From Candidatus Moraniibacteriota bacterium (GTDB taxonomy: Bacteria > Patescibacteriota > Minisyncoccia > Moranbacterales > UBA1568), in assembly GCA_016699975.1 (NCBI GenBank), contig CP064994.1, positions 496,731-552,166 on the forward strand: a stretch of DNA of 55,436 nt, written 5' to 3'. Positions 43,639-53,327 of this stretch are shown here, one piece after another. The notes beneath the pieces are model-generated. The model made no database searches. It was not told the DNA's origin and saw only the letters and a list, made by a program, of their open reading frames with translations. The stretch's first letter is position 1, and the number at the start of each line of letters is the position of its first letter. Made by a program: the position numbers and the translations under genes.

Positions 43639-45911
43639 ACATTCCTTTGACCGTGCGTGTCTCGGGCATGCACTGTGCGAGTTGTGCTCGCATCATCACT
43701 CAAAAAGTTTCTTCGCTTCCTGGAGTGTCAGATATTTCCGTGAGCGCTCTTGGAGAAACCGCTCGCCTTACATTCGACCAGAAGCGCACGTCTCTTCACG
43801 ACATGAACGCGGCCCTTCGTCCGCTTGGATACGAATTCTCTGCGGAGGACGAGGCGAGAGAGACGAGTTCTCCGGAATCCATGGCTCACGATGATTCTCT
43901 TTCGTCTCCTGCTTTTCGGGCCCTCTTTGCAGGGCCGATCGCGATCTTTGTTTTCCTCCTCATGCTCTGGAGCGTTGCGGCTCGTCTCTTTCCATTCGTG
44001 TGGTCTTTGCCGCTTCCTATGCCGCTTGAGCGCGTGTTTCTCTTTGTTCTTTCAACCATCATTCTCTTTTCAGTTGGGCGTCCGTTTTTGGTGGCGGTCG
44101 GCCGATTTGCGAAAACGGGGGTTGCCAATATGGATACCTTGGTGGGTATCGGAACATTCGCGGCGTACCTTGTGAGTTCGGTCGCATTCCTTTTTCCGAA
44201 TTTGTGGAGAGCATGGCGTCTTCCCGACGATTCTTTTTTCGACGCGACGATCGTAGTGATCGGATTCGTCGCCATTGGAAAATATTGGGAAGCGCTTGCG
44301 AAAGCAAAGACCGGAGAAGCGCTGCGGAAACTTCGTCGTCTTGGCGCGAAAAGGGCCGCGGTCATGCGGGCGGGTTTTGAGGAATCCGTCCCCGTCGAAG
44401 AAGTCGTGGTTGGTGACACGGTTCTTCTCCGCCCTGGTTCAGTCGTTCCTGTTGATGGGATAATTCTCGAAGGGAATGCCACGGTCGACGAATCAATGCT
44501 GACGGGAGAACCTCTCCCTGCAGAAAAAGTTCCAGGAGACACGATGCTTGGGGGAACAGTGAATCTCTCTCGCTTCGTCAAAATGCGCGCAACGCGTGTG
44601 GGGAAGGAAACTGCCCTTGCTCGCATTGTGCAAACGGTCCGGGAGGCGCAGGAATCGAAAGCGCCGGTCGAGGCACTTGCCGATCGGGTTTCGAGCGTGT
44701 TTGTTCCGGCGGCCTTAGGTATTTCGCTTCTCACGGTGACTGGCTGGCTTACGATCGGAACTCTGTTTCTCTCTTTTCCAGTCGCCTTTCCGCTTGCTCT
44801 TTTTTCGGCAGTAAGTGTGCTGGTGATTGCGTGTCCGTGCGCCTTAGGGCTCGCGCTTCCTGCGGCGATGACGGTCGGCATGGGTCGTGGTGCCCTCATG
44901 GGTATCCTCATAAAAAATTCGGAAAGCCTCGAAAAGCTCGCTTCGGTTGAAACGGTGGTCTTTGACAAAACGGGGACGGTGACAGAAGGGAAGCCTGAAA
45001 TTCTTGAAACGGTTTCGCTTCACCCGAAATTTTCGCGCGATGAAATACTTCGTCTCGCAGCGTCCGTCGAGGCGGGTTCCGAACATCCGCTTGCGCGTGC
45101 GCTCGTTCTTGCTGCCCACAAGAAATCGTTGTCGCTCTCGGCGGTCTCAAATTTTTCTTCGGAAGCGGGAATGGGCGTTTCGGGAACCGTCGAAGAACGT
45201 ATTGTGACGGTTCGTCGTCCGCACGAAGAAATATCACCTAAACGGTTGCAACTCGAATCCGAGGGGAAGACCGTGGTCGAAGTGAGGGTCGCTGAGGCGA
45301 CAGTCGGACTTCTTTCGTTTGGTGATCGCATCAAAAGGGATGCTCCCGAGGCGATACGTGCTCTCAGAAAGCACGGTATTCAAACGGTCCTTCTTTCGGG
45401 AGACGGGAAGAATGCAGTCGAAACGGTGGGAAAAGCCCTTCACATAACGCGCCGCTATGCGCAGGTCCTTCCCGACGAGAAGGCCAAGGTGATACGCGAT
45501 CTTCAACAGGAAGGAGACGAGAAACAGTCGATGAAAAAAGGAGGAGTTGCTATGGTGGGAGATGGCGTGAATGACGCGGCGGCGCTTGCGACTGCGGATG
45601 TCGGTATTGCGCTCTCAACCGGAACAGATATCGCTCTTGAGTCCGCGAGCATTACACTCCTCCATGGGGATATTCGCAAAGTTCTTCGAGCCATACTTTT
45701 GGCTCGAGCGACAATTCGTATTGCGCGACAAAATCTTTTTTGGGCGTTTCTCTACAATGGTATCGGCATTCCGATCGCGGCGGGGCTTCTCTATCCATTC
45801 TTCGGCATCACGATGAGCCCGGTGTTTGCGGGTTTTGCGATGGCGCTCTCTTCGGTTTCGGTGCTTCTTAATTCACTTCGGCTTCGGACAAAGACGATAC
45901 CATCCGTGTGA
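43635..45911 (+). CDS. copA: Copper-translocating P1B-type ATPase
   Basis: N-terminal [20 protein letters not shown] (ACPCALGLA), DKTGTVT, and [10 protein letters not shown]. The start overlaps the DUF305 stop (ATGA). Confidence 0.95.
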   Translation: MNIPLTVRVSGMHCASCARIITQKVSSLPGVSDISVSALGETARLTFDQKRTSLHDMNAALRPLGYEFSAEDEARETSSPESMAHDDSLSSPAFRALFAGPIAIFVFLLMLWSVAARLFPFVWSLPLPMPLERVFLFVLSTIILFSVGRPFLVAVGRFAKTGVANMDTLVGIGTFAAYLVSSVAFLFPNLWRAWRLPDDSFFDATIVVIGFVAIGKYWEALAKAKTGEALRKLRRLGAKRAAVMRAGFEESVPVEEVVVGDTVLLRPGSVVPVDGIILEGNATVDESMLTGEPLPAEKVPGDTMLGGTVNLSRFVKMRATRVGKETALARIVQTVREAQESKAPVEALADRVSSVFVPAALGISLLTVTGWLTIGTLFLSFPVAFPLALFSAVSVLVIACPCALGLALPAAMTVGMGRGALMGILIKNSESLEKLASVETVVFDKTGTVTEGKPEILETVSLHPKFSRDEILRLAASVEAGSEHPLARALVLAAHKKSLSLSAVSNFSSEAGMGVSGTVEERIVTVRRPHEEISPKRLQLESEGKTVVEVRVAEATVGLLSFGDRIKRDAPEAIRALRKHGIQTVLLSGDGKNAVETVGKALHITRRYAQVLPDEKAKVIRDLQQEGDEKQSMKKGGVAMVGDGVNDAAALATADVGIALSTGTDIALESASITLLHGDIRKVLRAILLARATIRIARQNLFWAFLYNGIGIPIAAGLLYPFFGITMSPVFAGFAMALSSVSVLLNSLRLRTKTIPSV

Positions 45912-45999
45912 GACCTCAAGTTTTCTGTTTTTCGTTCTCGTGGTATAGTGGACAGGCTCCGGAAAATTGATTCAGCTTTTCTCTCTTCATAAAACGCGT

Positions 46000-46503
46000 A
46001 TGAAAATCGCTTTTGCTCTCCTCGTTCTTGTTTCGGGCGTCACCTTGTATTTTCTTCTCCAGAAACCGAAGGTTCCCGCTCCGGAAACATCCTCTTCAAA
46101 AAGTACGGTGGCTGATACTGCTCCACAAACGTCTCCCGACAAAAATAAAAATAGAGATGAGGAATCTCGGGAAGTGACGAAGCTCGATATACGAACGACG
46201 AAAGAGGGAACGGGTGATCGGGTTGTGAAGTCGGGTGATACCGTCTCCGTACAGTACACGGGGACGCTTACCGATGGCACGAAGTTTGATTCGAGTCTCG
46301 ATCGAAACGAGCCCTTTGAGTTTATTGTGGGAAACGGCGAAGTGATTGAAGGCTGGGACGAAGGGCTCCTCGACATGAAGGTGGGAGAAAAGCGGACCCT
46401 TACCATCCCTGGGGAAAAAGCCTATGGTGAAGATGGTATTCCGGATGTGATTCCGCCGAATGCTACACTCATCTTCGATGTGGAGCTTCTGTCGATTCGA
46501 TAA
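46000..46503 (+). CDS. Membrane-anchored FKBP-type peptidyl-prolyl isomerase
   Basis: TM helix, then [56 protein letters not shown]. Confidence 0.9.
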   Translation: MKIAFALLVLVSGVTLYFLLQKPKVPAPETSSSKSTVADTAPQTSPDKNKNRDEESREVTKLDIRTTKEGTGDRVVKSGDTVSVQYTGTLTDGTKFDSSLDRNEPFEFIVGNGEVIEGWDEGLLDMKVGEKRTLTIPGEKAYGEDGIPDVIPPNATLIFDVELLSIR

Positions 46504-46517
46504 TATTTTTCCGGTCG

Positions 46518-46543
46518 AGAAGAGGTTTGCCTCTTTTCTTTTT
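46518..46543 (+). terminator. Rho-independent terminator after the FKBP gene
   Basis: AGAAGAGG-TTTG-CCTCTTTT, followed by CTTTTT. Confidence 0.55.
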
Positions 46544-46546
46544 CCT

Positions 46547-46753
46547 ATGAATGTCGTTCACTATTTTGCGAAGAATGTCTGGGTGGTATTCGGCATCGTA
46601 TTGATCTGGAGGGGGCTGTGGTATCTGCTCGACGAACTTGATCGAGTGTTGTTCGGGGGAGCGCACTTCGTGACAGCAGTTATTGGAATTATTGTAGGGC
46701 TTTTTGTGCTCTATCTTCCTGACCGGGATCTCAAGGAACTGGAAAAGCTGTAG
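46547..46753 (+). CDS. Small two-TM membrane protein
   Basis: MNVVHYFAKNVWVVFGIVLIWRGLWYLLDELDRVLFGGAHFVTAVIGIIVGLFVLYL. Confidence 0.5.
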   Translation: MNVVHYFAKNVWVVFGIVLIWRGLWYLLDELDRVLFGGAHFVTAVIGIIVGLFVLYLPDRDLKELEKL

Positions 46754-46795
46754 TCGAAAGAAAAGGAGTAACTCGCGACAAGAAAAGAAACACGT

Positions 46796-47383
46796 ATGAA
46801 GACACTCGTGATAGTAGCGCATCCGAATTTGAACGGGGGGTCGAATGTGAACCGAGCCTGGCGGGAATCGCTCGTTGGAACGGATATGAATGTCCGCGAA
46901 CTCTACGATCTTTATCCCAATTGGACGATCGACATCCAAAAAGAACAAGAACTTCTCGTTTCTCATGACCGCATCGTATTCCAGCATCCTTTCTATTGGT
47001 ACAGTGTTCCGCCGCTTCTCAAGAAATACTTCGATGATGTTCTTACCTACGGCTTCGCTTATGGAGCCGGGGGTGACAAGCTTGCCGGAAAGGAATGGGT
47101 TGAAGCGATAAGTTGCGGTGGACCGCTTCCGTCCTACCAGGTTGGTGGATACAATCGCTACAGTATAAGTGAACTCCTCCGTCCGATTGAGGCGACGGCA
47201 AACCTCTGTCAAATGCTCTTCCGACCTGCCTTTACGGTCAATCGTTCGATGAATCTCTCTCCCGAAGAGATCGCGGAGAGTGCGAAGCGATATCTCGCGT
47301 ATATCTCCGATCCGAATCTCGATATCTCAACGCCGAGCAAGCTTTTTGCGAAGTTGTCCGGCGGAGACAGTGTTGTAGAGTAA
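46796..47383 (+). CDS. Flavodoxin-like-fold NAD(P)H dehydrogenase (quinone), KefF/YwrO-like
   Basis: MKTLVIVAHPNLNGGSNVNRAW..., IVFQHPFYWYSVPPLLKKYFDDVLTYGFAYG. Confidence 0.8.
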   Translation: MKTLVIVAHPNLNGGSNVNRAWRESLVGTDMNVRELYDLYPNWTIDIQKEQELLVSHDRIVFQHPFYWYSVPPLLKKYFDDVLTYGFAYGAGGDKLAGKEWVEAISCGGPLPSYQVGGYNRYSISELLRPIEATANLCQMLFRPAFTVNRSMNLSPEEIAESAKRYLAYISDPNLDISTPSKLFAKLSGGDSVVE

Positions 47384-47413
47384 ATCGCCCTCGAGCGGTG
47401 TATGAGGTGTGCT

Positions 47414-47447
47414 GAAACCGGAGCCTTTGGGCCCCGGTTTCTTTGTG
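47414..47447 (+). terminator. Probable terminator hairpin
   Basis: GAAACCGGAGCC-TTTG-GGCCCCGGTTTC (11 of 12 pairs), followed by TTTGTG. The T-tract is short. Confidence 0.55.
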
Positions 47448-47519
47448 AGAAATCTTGACAAGAACGAAATTTTCAGGTAAGGTTCCAAGTCACGCTCTTA
47501 AGTCGCGTTTTTTCTTTCT

Positions 47520-48290
47520 ATGAGCTACGAATCGGTTCTCTCGACGGTGACGCGGAAATGGGCAAGTCTCGTTCTTTCGGGACTGCTTTTTGGCGCAATC
47601 GCATTCTTTTCACTCGTCTTTCTTTCGCGCCACTTTAAGGTCTCGACGGACTTCTTGGTGGTGCAAACGGGCATGGGGCAGTCGCAGGATTTTTATGCGA
47701 TGCTCAAGTCTTCCGAATACCTCGGGAAAGTTCTTTCGGAATCAGTCGGAAGCGAAAAATTCATCGCTGCGGTTGTCGAGACGGGGGGAGTCGATGGAAA
47801 CTTTCTCCCTTCGAATCCGAAAGATCGTCTCAAAGAGTGGGAAAAAACAGTAAAGGTATCGAACAACCCGGATGTCGGTTCGCTTCATATTGAAGTATTT
47901 GCGGACAGTGATCGCGGTGGACTTCGTGTGGCGCAGGCAGTGGGCAAAGTTTTGACCGAGAAGAACTCGCTTTTTCGAAGCGGTGACGAAAAGAGTGTCG
48001 AAATTCGAACCCTCTCGGGACCCATCGTGGAAAAAAATCCGAGTATCGAACGCCTCGCGCTCGCGGGAATTGCTGGGAGCATCTTCGGTATGACGATGTT
48101 TCTTCTTTTCTCCCTTCTTCGCGAAGAAGCGCGCCTTCGAAAAGATCAGCTCTTGGACGAAGTGCTCGCCAGGCGTATTGCCAAAGAAGCCGAATCCTCG
48201 AAAACGGTTCGCCCCTTGACGGCAAGCGAAACAGAAAAGTCGAACCTCGAAACGATTTACTCGGAGAGTCATTTGGTATTTGATAAATAA
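47520..48290 (+). CDS. Wzz/chain-length-determinant-like membrane protein (second copy)
   Basis: TM helices at both ends of a ~150-aa loop, and a charged C-terminal tail. Confidence 0.55.
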   Translation: MSYESVLSTVTRKWASLVLSGLLFGAIAFFSLVFLSRHFKVSTDFLVVQTGMGQSQDFYAMLKSSEYLGKVLSESVGSEKFIAAVVETGGVDGNFLPSNPKDRLKEWEKTVKVSNNPDVGSLHIEVFADSDRGGLRVAQAVGKVLTEKNSLFRSGDEKSVEIRTLSGPIVEKNPSIERLALAGIAGSIFGMTMFLLFSLLREEARLRKDQLLDEVLARRIAKEAESSKTVRPLTASETEKSNLETIYSESHLVFDK

Positions 48291-48505
48291 GCAGCTTCGA
48301 CTTTTTCGCTTTTCTTTTCCTGTGTTTCTTTCTTGCTTCTCGTCCGATTCCCCTGTGTTCCTTGTTTCTCTCTCGTGCCGAAGCGTCGGAAATTTTTTCG
48401 GCGTTTTGCAGGAGGGATAAATGTTCTTTGAAAATCAAGAGTTTATCCCAACGAAGTACCATTCTTTGCTTAGTTTCTACAGCGCCTTCGGCGCAGGAGG
48501 TTCCA

Positions 48506-49312
48506 ATGAAACAGTTTTTGATTGTGATCGTGCTTCTCCTTGCAGGGTGTGCAGTGGCGCCCCCTGCAGAGATATTGGGGCTTGAAAGAGCAAGGGGAAG
48601 AGAAAGTAATATTGCGGACTCGGACGTGGATGTGGATTTTGAACCGCCGGCGGCAGTAGTCACTTTCATCGCACTCCCCCCACCCGAACAGGTGGTGGGA
48701 TTCGAATTCCCGGTTCCTCCGGAAATCGGAGTCCCCGGGTATTACAAAAAGATTTTCGACTCTTTCGTCAGTGACGAACAAATCCTCGTCGTGCGCCGAG
48801 CTGCGCACGTTATTGTAAAGGGAGGAGGAGAGTCAAGAATCCTCTCCGTCTATATTCGTGGAGGGAAGGCATACGTTCTTGCGAGGGCAGTGGAAGAAGT
48901 AATATTTCTCTCCCCGCGTGGAAAGCGCTACCCAATCTCTCAAAAAGAGATGAGGAAATTGTCCCCCGAAGAAATTCGAGGAATATACCTGGCAATATTT
49001 ACTGACTTCTCTAAGGAGTCTCTCCCGATAGAAGGATCGGGGGTTCGGCTTTATGTCCAAAAAGACGCGAGGGAAGTCTTGAAAATCCCTTCCCTAATAA
49101 CTACAGAGGAGAGAAGGAAATACTGTGGTTTCTACTCTATTTCGACTGGGGAAATAGCCTCAGTAGTAACGGCGAATCCCTATGGGTTACTCCCAAAAAT
49201 GTCAGCGCTTGTTTGTTCGGCTCTGACTAAACCGAATCTCCTTGAAGGAGAGGAGCGGTCACCAAACGATTTTGTAGCAGCGGAGGGATTTGCCCTCCAA
49301 GGAGACAAGTAA
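48506..49312 (+). CDS. Lipoprotein of unknown function
   Basis: SD GGAGG 5 nt upstream. MKQFLIVIVLLLAGC has a lipobox. The track ORF 48362..49312 has a read-through extension. Confidence 0.7.
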   Translation: MKQFLIVIVLLLAGCAVAPPAEILGLERARGRESNIADSDVDVDFEPPAAVVTFIALPPPEQVVGFEFPVPPEIGVPGYYKKIFDSFVSDEQILVVRRAAHVIVKGGGESRILSVYIRGGKAYVLARAVEEVIFLSPRGKRYPISQKEMRKLSPEEIRGIYLAIFTDFSKESLPIEGSGVRLYVQKDAREVLKIPSLITTEERRKYCGFYSISTGEIASVVTANPYGLLPKMSALVCSALTKPNLLEGEERSPNDFVAAEGFALQGDK

Positions 49313-50328
49313 TGAAATCGGTAATGAAGTATGTGGTGCCTTTGCTGGGAGTATTCCTGGCAATGTCTAATGCCATGGCCACTACGGTTGTAGTGAAGAG
49401 TGGGGACACTCCTCGGAGCCTGGCTCAGAAATACTGTGGCGGCGAAGGAAATTGGCAATTGATGTGGAAGGGAAATCCAAAGCGCCTGCCAATTGGGGCA
49501 ATGATCCCCCTTCCAGAAGCATGCCAAAAGAAGGGTGAGCCTCGGCATGTACCTGTGCGAAAAACCCGTATATACGAACGTATATACGAAAATGAAGGGG
49601 CAAACCCCTTATGCCCGACATTCAAACGAGATCCCCAGAGTTGTGTCAAAGTTTTTGACGCAGCCCTCAAAAAGAGGGGTTTTTCAACTGCTGAACGGAT
49701 GCAATTCTTGAGGGAGTTGAAGGATGGTGATCTTCCGGATTCCTTCCTGCCAAATGAAACTGTTATCGGTTCCCTGTCGAATGGAAATGGTGAAGAATGG
49801 GGAAACACGAAGATTTCAGTAAAGGCAGGAGGTGTCGCAACGAAGGTTCTCGCAATAGGGAAAAAGAAAGTGGGAATCATGGTTAATTGCGGCAATATTT
49901 ATTCTCCGGTTCGTGAAGAAGAGCCGGAAACTTCGGAGAGAGTGGTTTCCGAACCGAAACCGATTGTACGACCGCCTGAAGAGAAAGTGGACACTCCTCA
50001 AAACGAGGAGTTAGTTTGTAGCCCTGAAGGGACCTTTGCGGTAAAGGGAGATTTTGGGAATGGAATCAAAGCGGGGTCTGGTCGGGGGCGTGTCACCTGT
50101 CAGTTCCGAGTAACCGATCGAACCAGTGTTGGCCCGGTTCTTGGAGGGTCAACATCTCGATATAGGATCGGTTCTTGGACCGAGCATTCCAATATGATTG
50201 GCGGTGGTGGCCGGGTGAAACACCACACGCCGAACGACTGGCGTTTAGAGGCTGATGTACTTGGAGGGTGGGAGTCGACGCGTGGAAGCAACAAGGATGG
50301 TGTTACGAAGCCTCCCATCAAAGGTTAG
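49312..50328 (+). CDS. Secreted protein with N-terminal LysM-like motif (ends at an in-frame TAG; the frame stays open to 50994)
   Basis: Signal peptide. VVVKSGDTPRSLAQKYCG...NPKRLPIGAMIPLP resembles LysM. The start overlaps the upstream stop (TAATG). Confidence 0.65.
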   Translation: MKSVMKYVVPLLGVFLAMSNAMATTVVVKSGDTPRSLAQKYCGGEGNWQLMWKGNPKRLPIGAMIPLPEACQKKGEPRHVPVRKTRIYERIYENEGANPLCPTFKRDPQSCVKVFDAALKKRGFSTAERMQFLRELKDGDLPDSFLPNETVIGSLSNGNGEEWGNTKISVKAGGVATKVLAIGKKKVGIMVNCGNIYSPVREEEPETSERVVSEPKPIVRPPEEKVDTPQNEELVCSPEGTFAVKGDFGNGIKAGSGRGRVTCQFRVTDRTSVGPVLGGSTSRYRIGSWTEHSNMIGGGGRVKHHTPNDWRLEADVLGGWESTRGSNKDGVTKPPIKG

Positions 50329-50475
50329 TCCCTTCACTCTTCGATCGACGCGAAGAAGTTCTTTGCGAGTTCGGAAGAGTCTCTCAAAAAGCCTGGAAGC
50401 GAAGGAGAAGAGGAATCGATAGACTTTGGTATAACGACTAGTGCCAAACCCGACCCGAGTGAACGAGAAGGCATA

Positions 50476-50994
50476 ATGGTAGAAGGGAATCTCTTTGCCC
50501 AGATTCCAATCACCGGAAAGACTGGACCCGTGTATTATCGGGGGCAACAGGTGGCGACGGATAGTCGGAAGCCCGTTGTCGGCATCGTGGGACGAGTCGG
50601 CTTCGAGACCAAGGAAAGCAACCTTGTTCCTGAGATGGCGACAGGATTGTGGCATACTCGCGGCGCGACAAAGCCATGGGGCGGCAAGGCCACCCTTGGT
50701 GCTGCTACCAAAAACCGTCTCTATCGTGTGGCTTTAGGCGTCGAACTCCCGCGCCCTCACGGTATAGTGGAGGCAGAGGTAAACCCAGGAGGGAAGAGTC
50801 ACGTTGTAGCATACAAAAAAGCTACAACTGCCCTTGAAGAAGGGGCCCGTCCCTCGTGTGAGGCGCATAATATGTGCGCGGAACTTGAGGCGCAGCGACT
50901 GCCGCCAAGTGAGGCGAGCAGAGTAATCGAAAAGGAAACCGGAACTCCTCGCGAACAGGTGTCTTTCGAGGATCACGGTTTTAACGATCGATAG
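50476..50994 (+). CDS. Hypothetical beta-rich protein, or the C-terminal part of the preceding ORF
   Basis: Same reading frame as 49312..50328, with no stop between 50329 and 50475. GAAGG lies 4 nt before the ATG. Confidence 0.45.
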   Translation: MVEGNLFAQIPITGKTGPVYYRGQQVATDSRKPVVGIVGRVGFETKESNLVPEMATGLWHTRGATKPWGGKATLGAATKNRLYRVALGVELPRPHGIVEAEVNPGGKSHVVAYKKATTALEEGARPSCEAHNMCAELEAQRLPPSEASRVIEKETGTPREQVSFEDHGFNDR

Positions 50995-51094
50995 GTACGG
51001 ACACTGAAGTGCCGATCGGAAAACACTGGAGAGTATAAAGCAGTGTATGGGGCCGCGGATATGAGCTTCGAGTCTCGCGGTAAACAAAAAACTC

Positions 51095-51109
51095 TTGATT
51101 GACAATCAA
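51095..51109. promoter_or_regulatory. 7-1-7 palindrome TTGATTGaCAATCAA overlapping a TTGACA -35 box (possible operator)
   Basis: Read directly from the sequence. TTGACA at 51099-51104, 17 nt, then TATCTC. Confidence 0.35.
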
Positions 51110-51249
51110 ACCGGGCTGTGCTATCTCTTACGAGAAGCTACAGCCCCCTCAACAGAGCTTTCAAAGATTCTTTGAAGTCTCTGCGGAGGCGGGATTCTTC
51201 GCTTTCCCCACAAGGACGTTCCTTAAAAATCTTACCCTCAGGAGGGTAT

Positions 51250-51816
51250 ATGAAAATTTTTGCAAAGTTGCTGGCAGTAGTAATCCCTCTTTTTTTCTTC
51301 GGCAAATCGGCTCTTGCAGAAGTATTCTGCAAGAAAGTAAGAAAAGGAGATATGGTAACTATTACTATACAAGGTACGGGGGGGGTGTTTAATTCAAAAC
51401 TTGGCGAGAAGCCACTCGCCGGGATGAAAACGTTTCAAGGGACAGGACGACCTGACCGGGACATTGCAGCGAGCTGCAGTGACAATTCAGAGGCATGCCG
51501 AAGAGCGGAATGGATTGTTATTCCGGTGAATAAAATTAGGGGAACAGGTGATGGTGAGGCAACTCACCAAATCACAAAAAATACTTACGGGGCCACACCG
51601 TGCCAGTACTCCACAAAAGATTATGGAGTAACATGCCGGGTAAGGATCACCCAGGAACTTTTCTCCTCCCTCAAAGGAGGGCAAGGTAGATTGTGGTTCG
51701 GGGTGCGTTTTCCCGGCACAGGAATAACGGTGGCTGCTTACCAGCCACAAGTTGGTAATTGTGAAGTTAGGAATGATGAGGAAGGGAACCCTCACACAAT
51801 AATGACCGTTAACTAG
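51250..51816 (+). CDS. Secreted Cys-containing hypothetical protein
   Basis: SD AGGAGG. Signal peptide MKIFAKLLAVVIPLFFFGKSALA. 188 aa. Confidence 0.7.
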   Translation: MKIFAKLLAVVIPLFFFGKSALAEVFCKKVRKGDMVTITIQGTGGVFNSKLGEKPLAGMKTFQGTGRPDRDIAASCSDNSEACRRAEWIVIPVNKIRGTGDGEATHQITKNTYGATPCQYSTKDYGVTCRVRITQELFSSLKGGQGRLWFGVRFPGTGITVAAYQPQVGNCEVRNDEEGNPHTIMTVN

Positions 51817-51824
51817 TTAACGGT
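51805..51824. repeat. Perfect 20-nt palindrome ACCGTTAACTAGTTAACGGT spanning the stop codon of 51250..51816
   Basis: The sequence is its own reverse complement. Confidence 0.9.
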
Positions 51825-51896
51825 TAAGAGTCTCACAAAACCTCGAAGATCATCGAAGACGCAACTGACGTCTCGAAGCTCTTCGGGGTTATTTTT

Positions 51897-53303
51897 TTAT
51901 TCTTTTTTTCCATTTTCTTGGATCCGCACCTGCGTTGTTTCATGGGTTCGAAGAGCAAGGAGAGCCCCGAGAAGAACGAAGAAAATCCACTGGAGAGGCG
52001 TATAGCGATGAACGTTATCAGAAAGAGAGGAAAGAAGAAGAATGCCCGCATAGAGAGAAAAGAGAACGGCAAAGTCGCGCAGGGGTGCCGGAAGCAAAAA
52101 GAGAGATCGAATGTCGATGGTGAGCAAGAAAAGAAAGAGAAGAAAAGCGGAAAATCCAAACCATCCTCCTTCTACGTAAAATTTTACGAAATCATTGTGA
52201 GCATCGGTACTCCCGAAACGAGTGCCTCGCAATTTTTCTGCATACAAAGTGAATGTGGCAGGACCAGTTCCGAAATATTCCTTCTGGTCCATGCGAAGTT
52301 TGGTGGTAACGTCATGCCAGATGCCTTGCCTCCAAACAATAGAACTGTCGACGCTTCTTTCAAATGTTTCCGAAAATCGTGCTTGTATCGAGGGCACGAA
52401 GAGAATGAGGATGAGGGGTGTTACCAGGAGCGGAAAAAGGAGGAATCGGAATTTCCAGAGTGCTACAAAAAGGGCAAACAAGAAAAGGGCAATCCATGCT
52501 ACTCGCGTGTAGGTGAGAATCGTGAGGCTTATGATGGGAATTATGATGAGAGAAAAGGAAAGAAGAGTGATGACCGGGAAAGTGTGAAAGGTTCTCTTCT
52601 TTTCTTCTTCGGAAGTTGGAAAGAAATTCATCACGAGAACAACAGCGAGTGAGTACAGATACAGTGCGAGGACATTTGGATGTACAAAAGTTCCATAGAT
52701 GCGAGGAGCACTGACGACATTGTCCGACATGCCTATGCCTAAAAGAATTGGCGAAATGCTTCGATGATCGGGATGATACCAGAGAGGAGAAGAATGAGGA
52801 GAACTTTTTGAAATCTTTCAGAGAACGTACTGAAATGTAGGCGAGGAACCCCATGGAAAAAATGGAAATCATGCGAGCAATTTCCTGCAGGCTTTTATGG
52901 GCGCGATGCTCTGTGGCGTGAGGAGAATTGCCGAGCCAATCAATATGAAGAATGCCCTCCAGGGAGTAAAGCGAGGAAGTTTCTTTGCATACAGAACGAA
53001 AATGAACAGGCTAATAAAGAGAAAGAATCCGCCAAGAAGTTGGGAAAGACTGAAGGATAGAGTATCGGACAAAAAGAAGACCGTTTGCTCGGAAATGTGA
53101 TCGAGGATCATCCGAGTAAAAAAGAGGATCCCAAGAAGTGCCAATGGTTTGTGGAGCAACATTATGGAAACGAATGTTCCGGTAATGGCAAAAGAAAACC
53201 AAAGATTTACTTCCAAAAGAAGATTGGCGATGAGAGATCCAGAAAATACACTGACGGTCGCCAGCCAAAAAGAAAGAGGTCGAAAAGAAAATTGGGTCTT
53301 CAT
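51897..53303 (-). pseudogene. O-antigen ligase/polymerase-like (Wzy_C) membrane protein, split over four frames
   Basis: Pieces are 53303-52869 (multi-TM N-terminus), 52872-~52806 (MISIFSMGFLAYISVRSLKDFKK), ~52806-52742 (VLLILLLSGIIPIIEAFRQFF) and 52757-51897 (LGIGMSDNVVSAPRIYGTFVHPNVLALYL...TYTRVAWIAL...AHNDFVKFYVEGG). They join smoothly if one base is added in GGG 52899-52901, T5 52805-52809 and A4 52741-52744. Confidence 0.75.
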
Positions 53304-53327
53304 AATGTCACGAATGATTGAGGAGGT

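Noticed and set aside
43886-44968. A long antisense ORF (360 aa) inside copA. Similar shadow ORFs are 22062..22973(-), 11202..11924(-), 16325..17083(-), 19833..20621(-), 47830..48669(-), 51918..52652(+) and 6079..6615(-).
   Set aside because: Each lies opposite a gene with clear family motifs. Their products are Arg/Ser/Pro-rich or low-complexity with no recognisable motifs, which is typical of antisense shadows of coding DNA.
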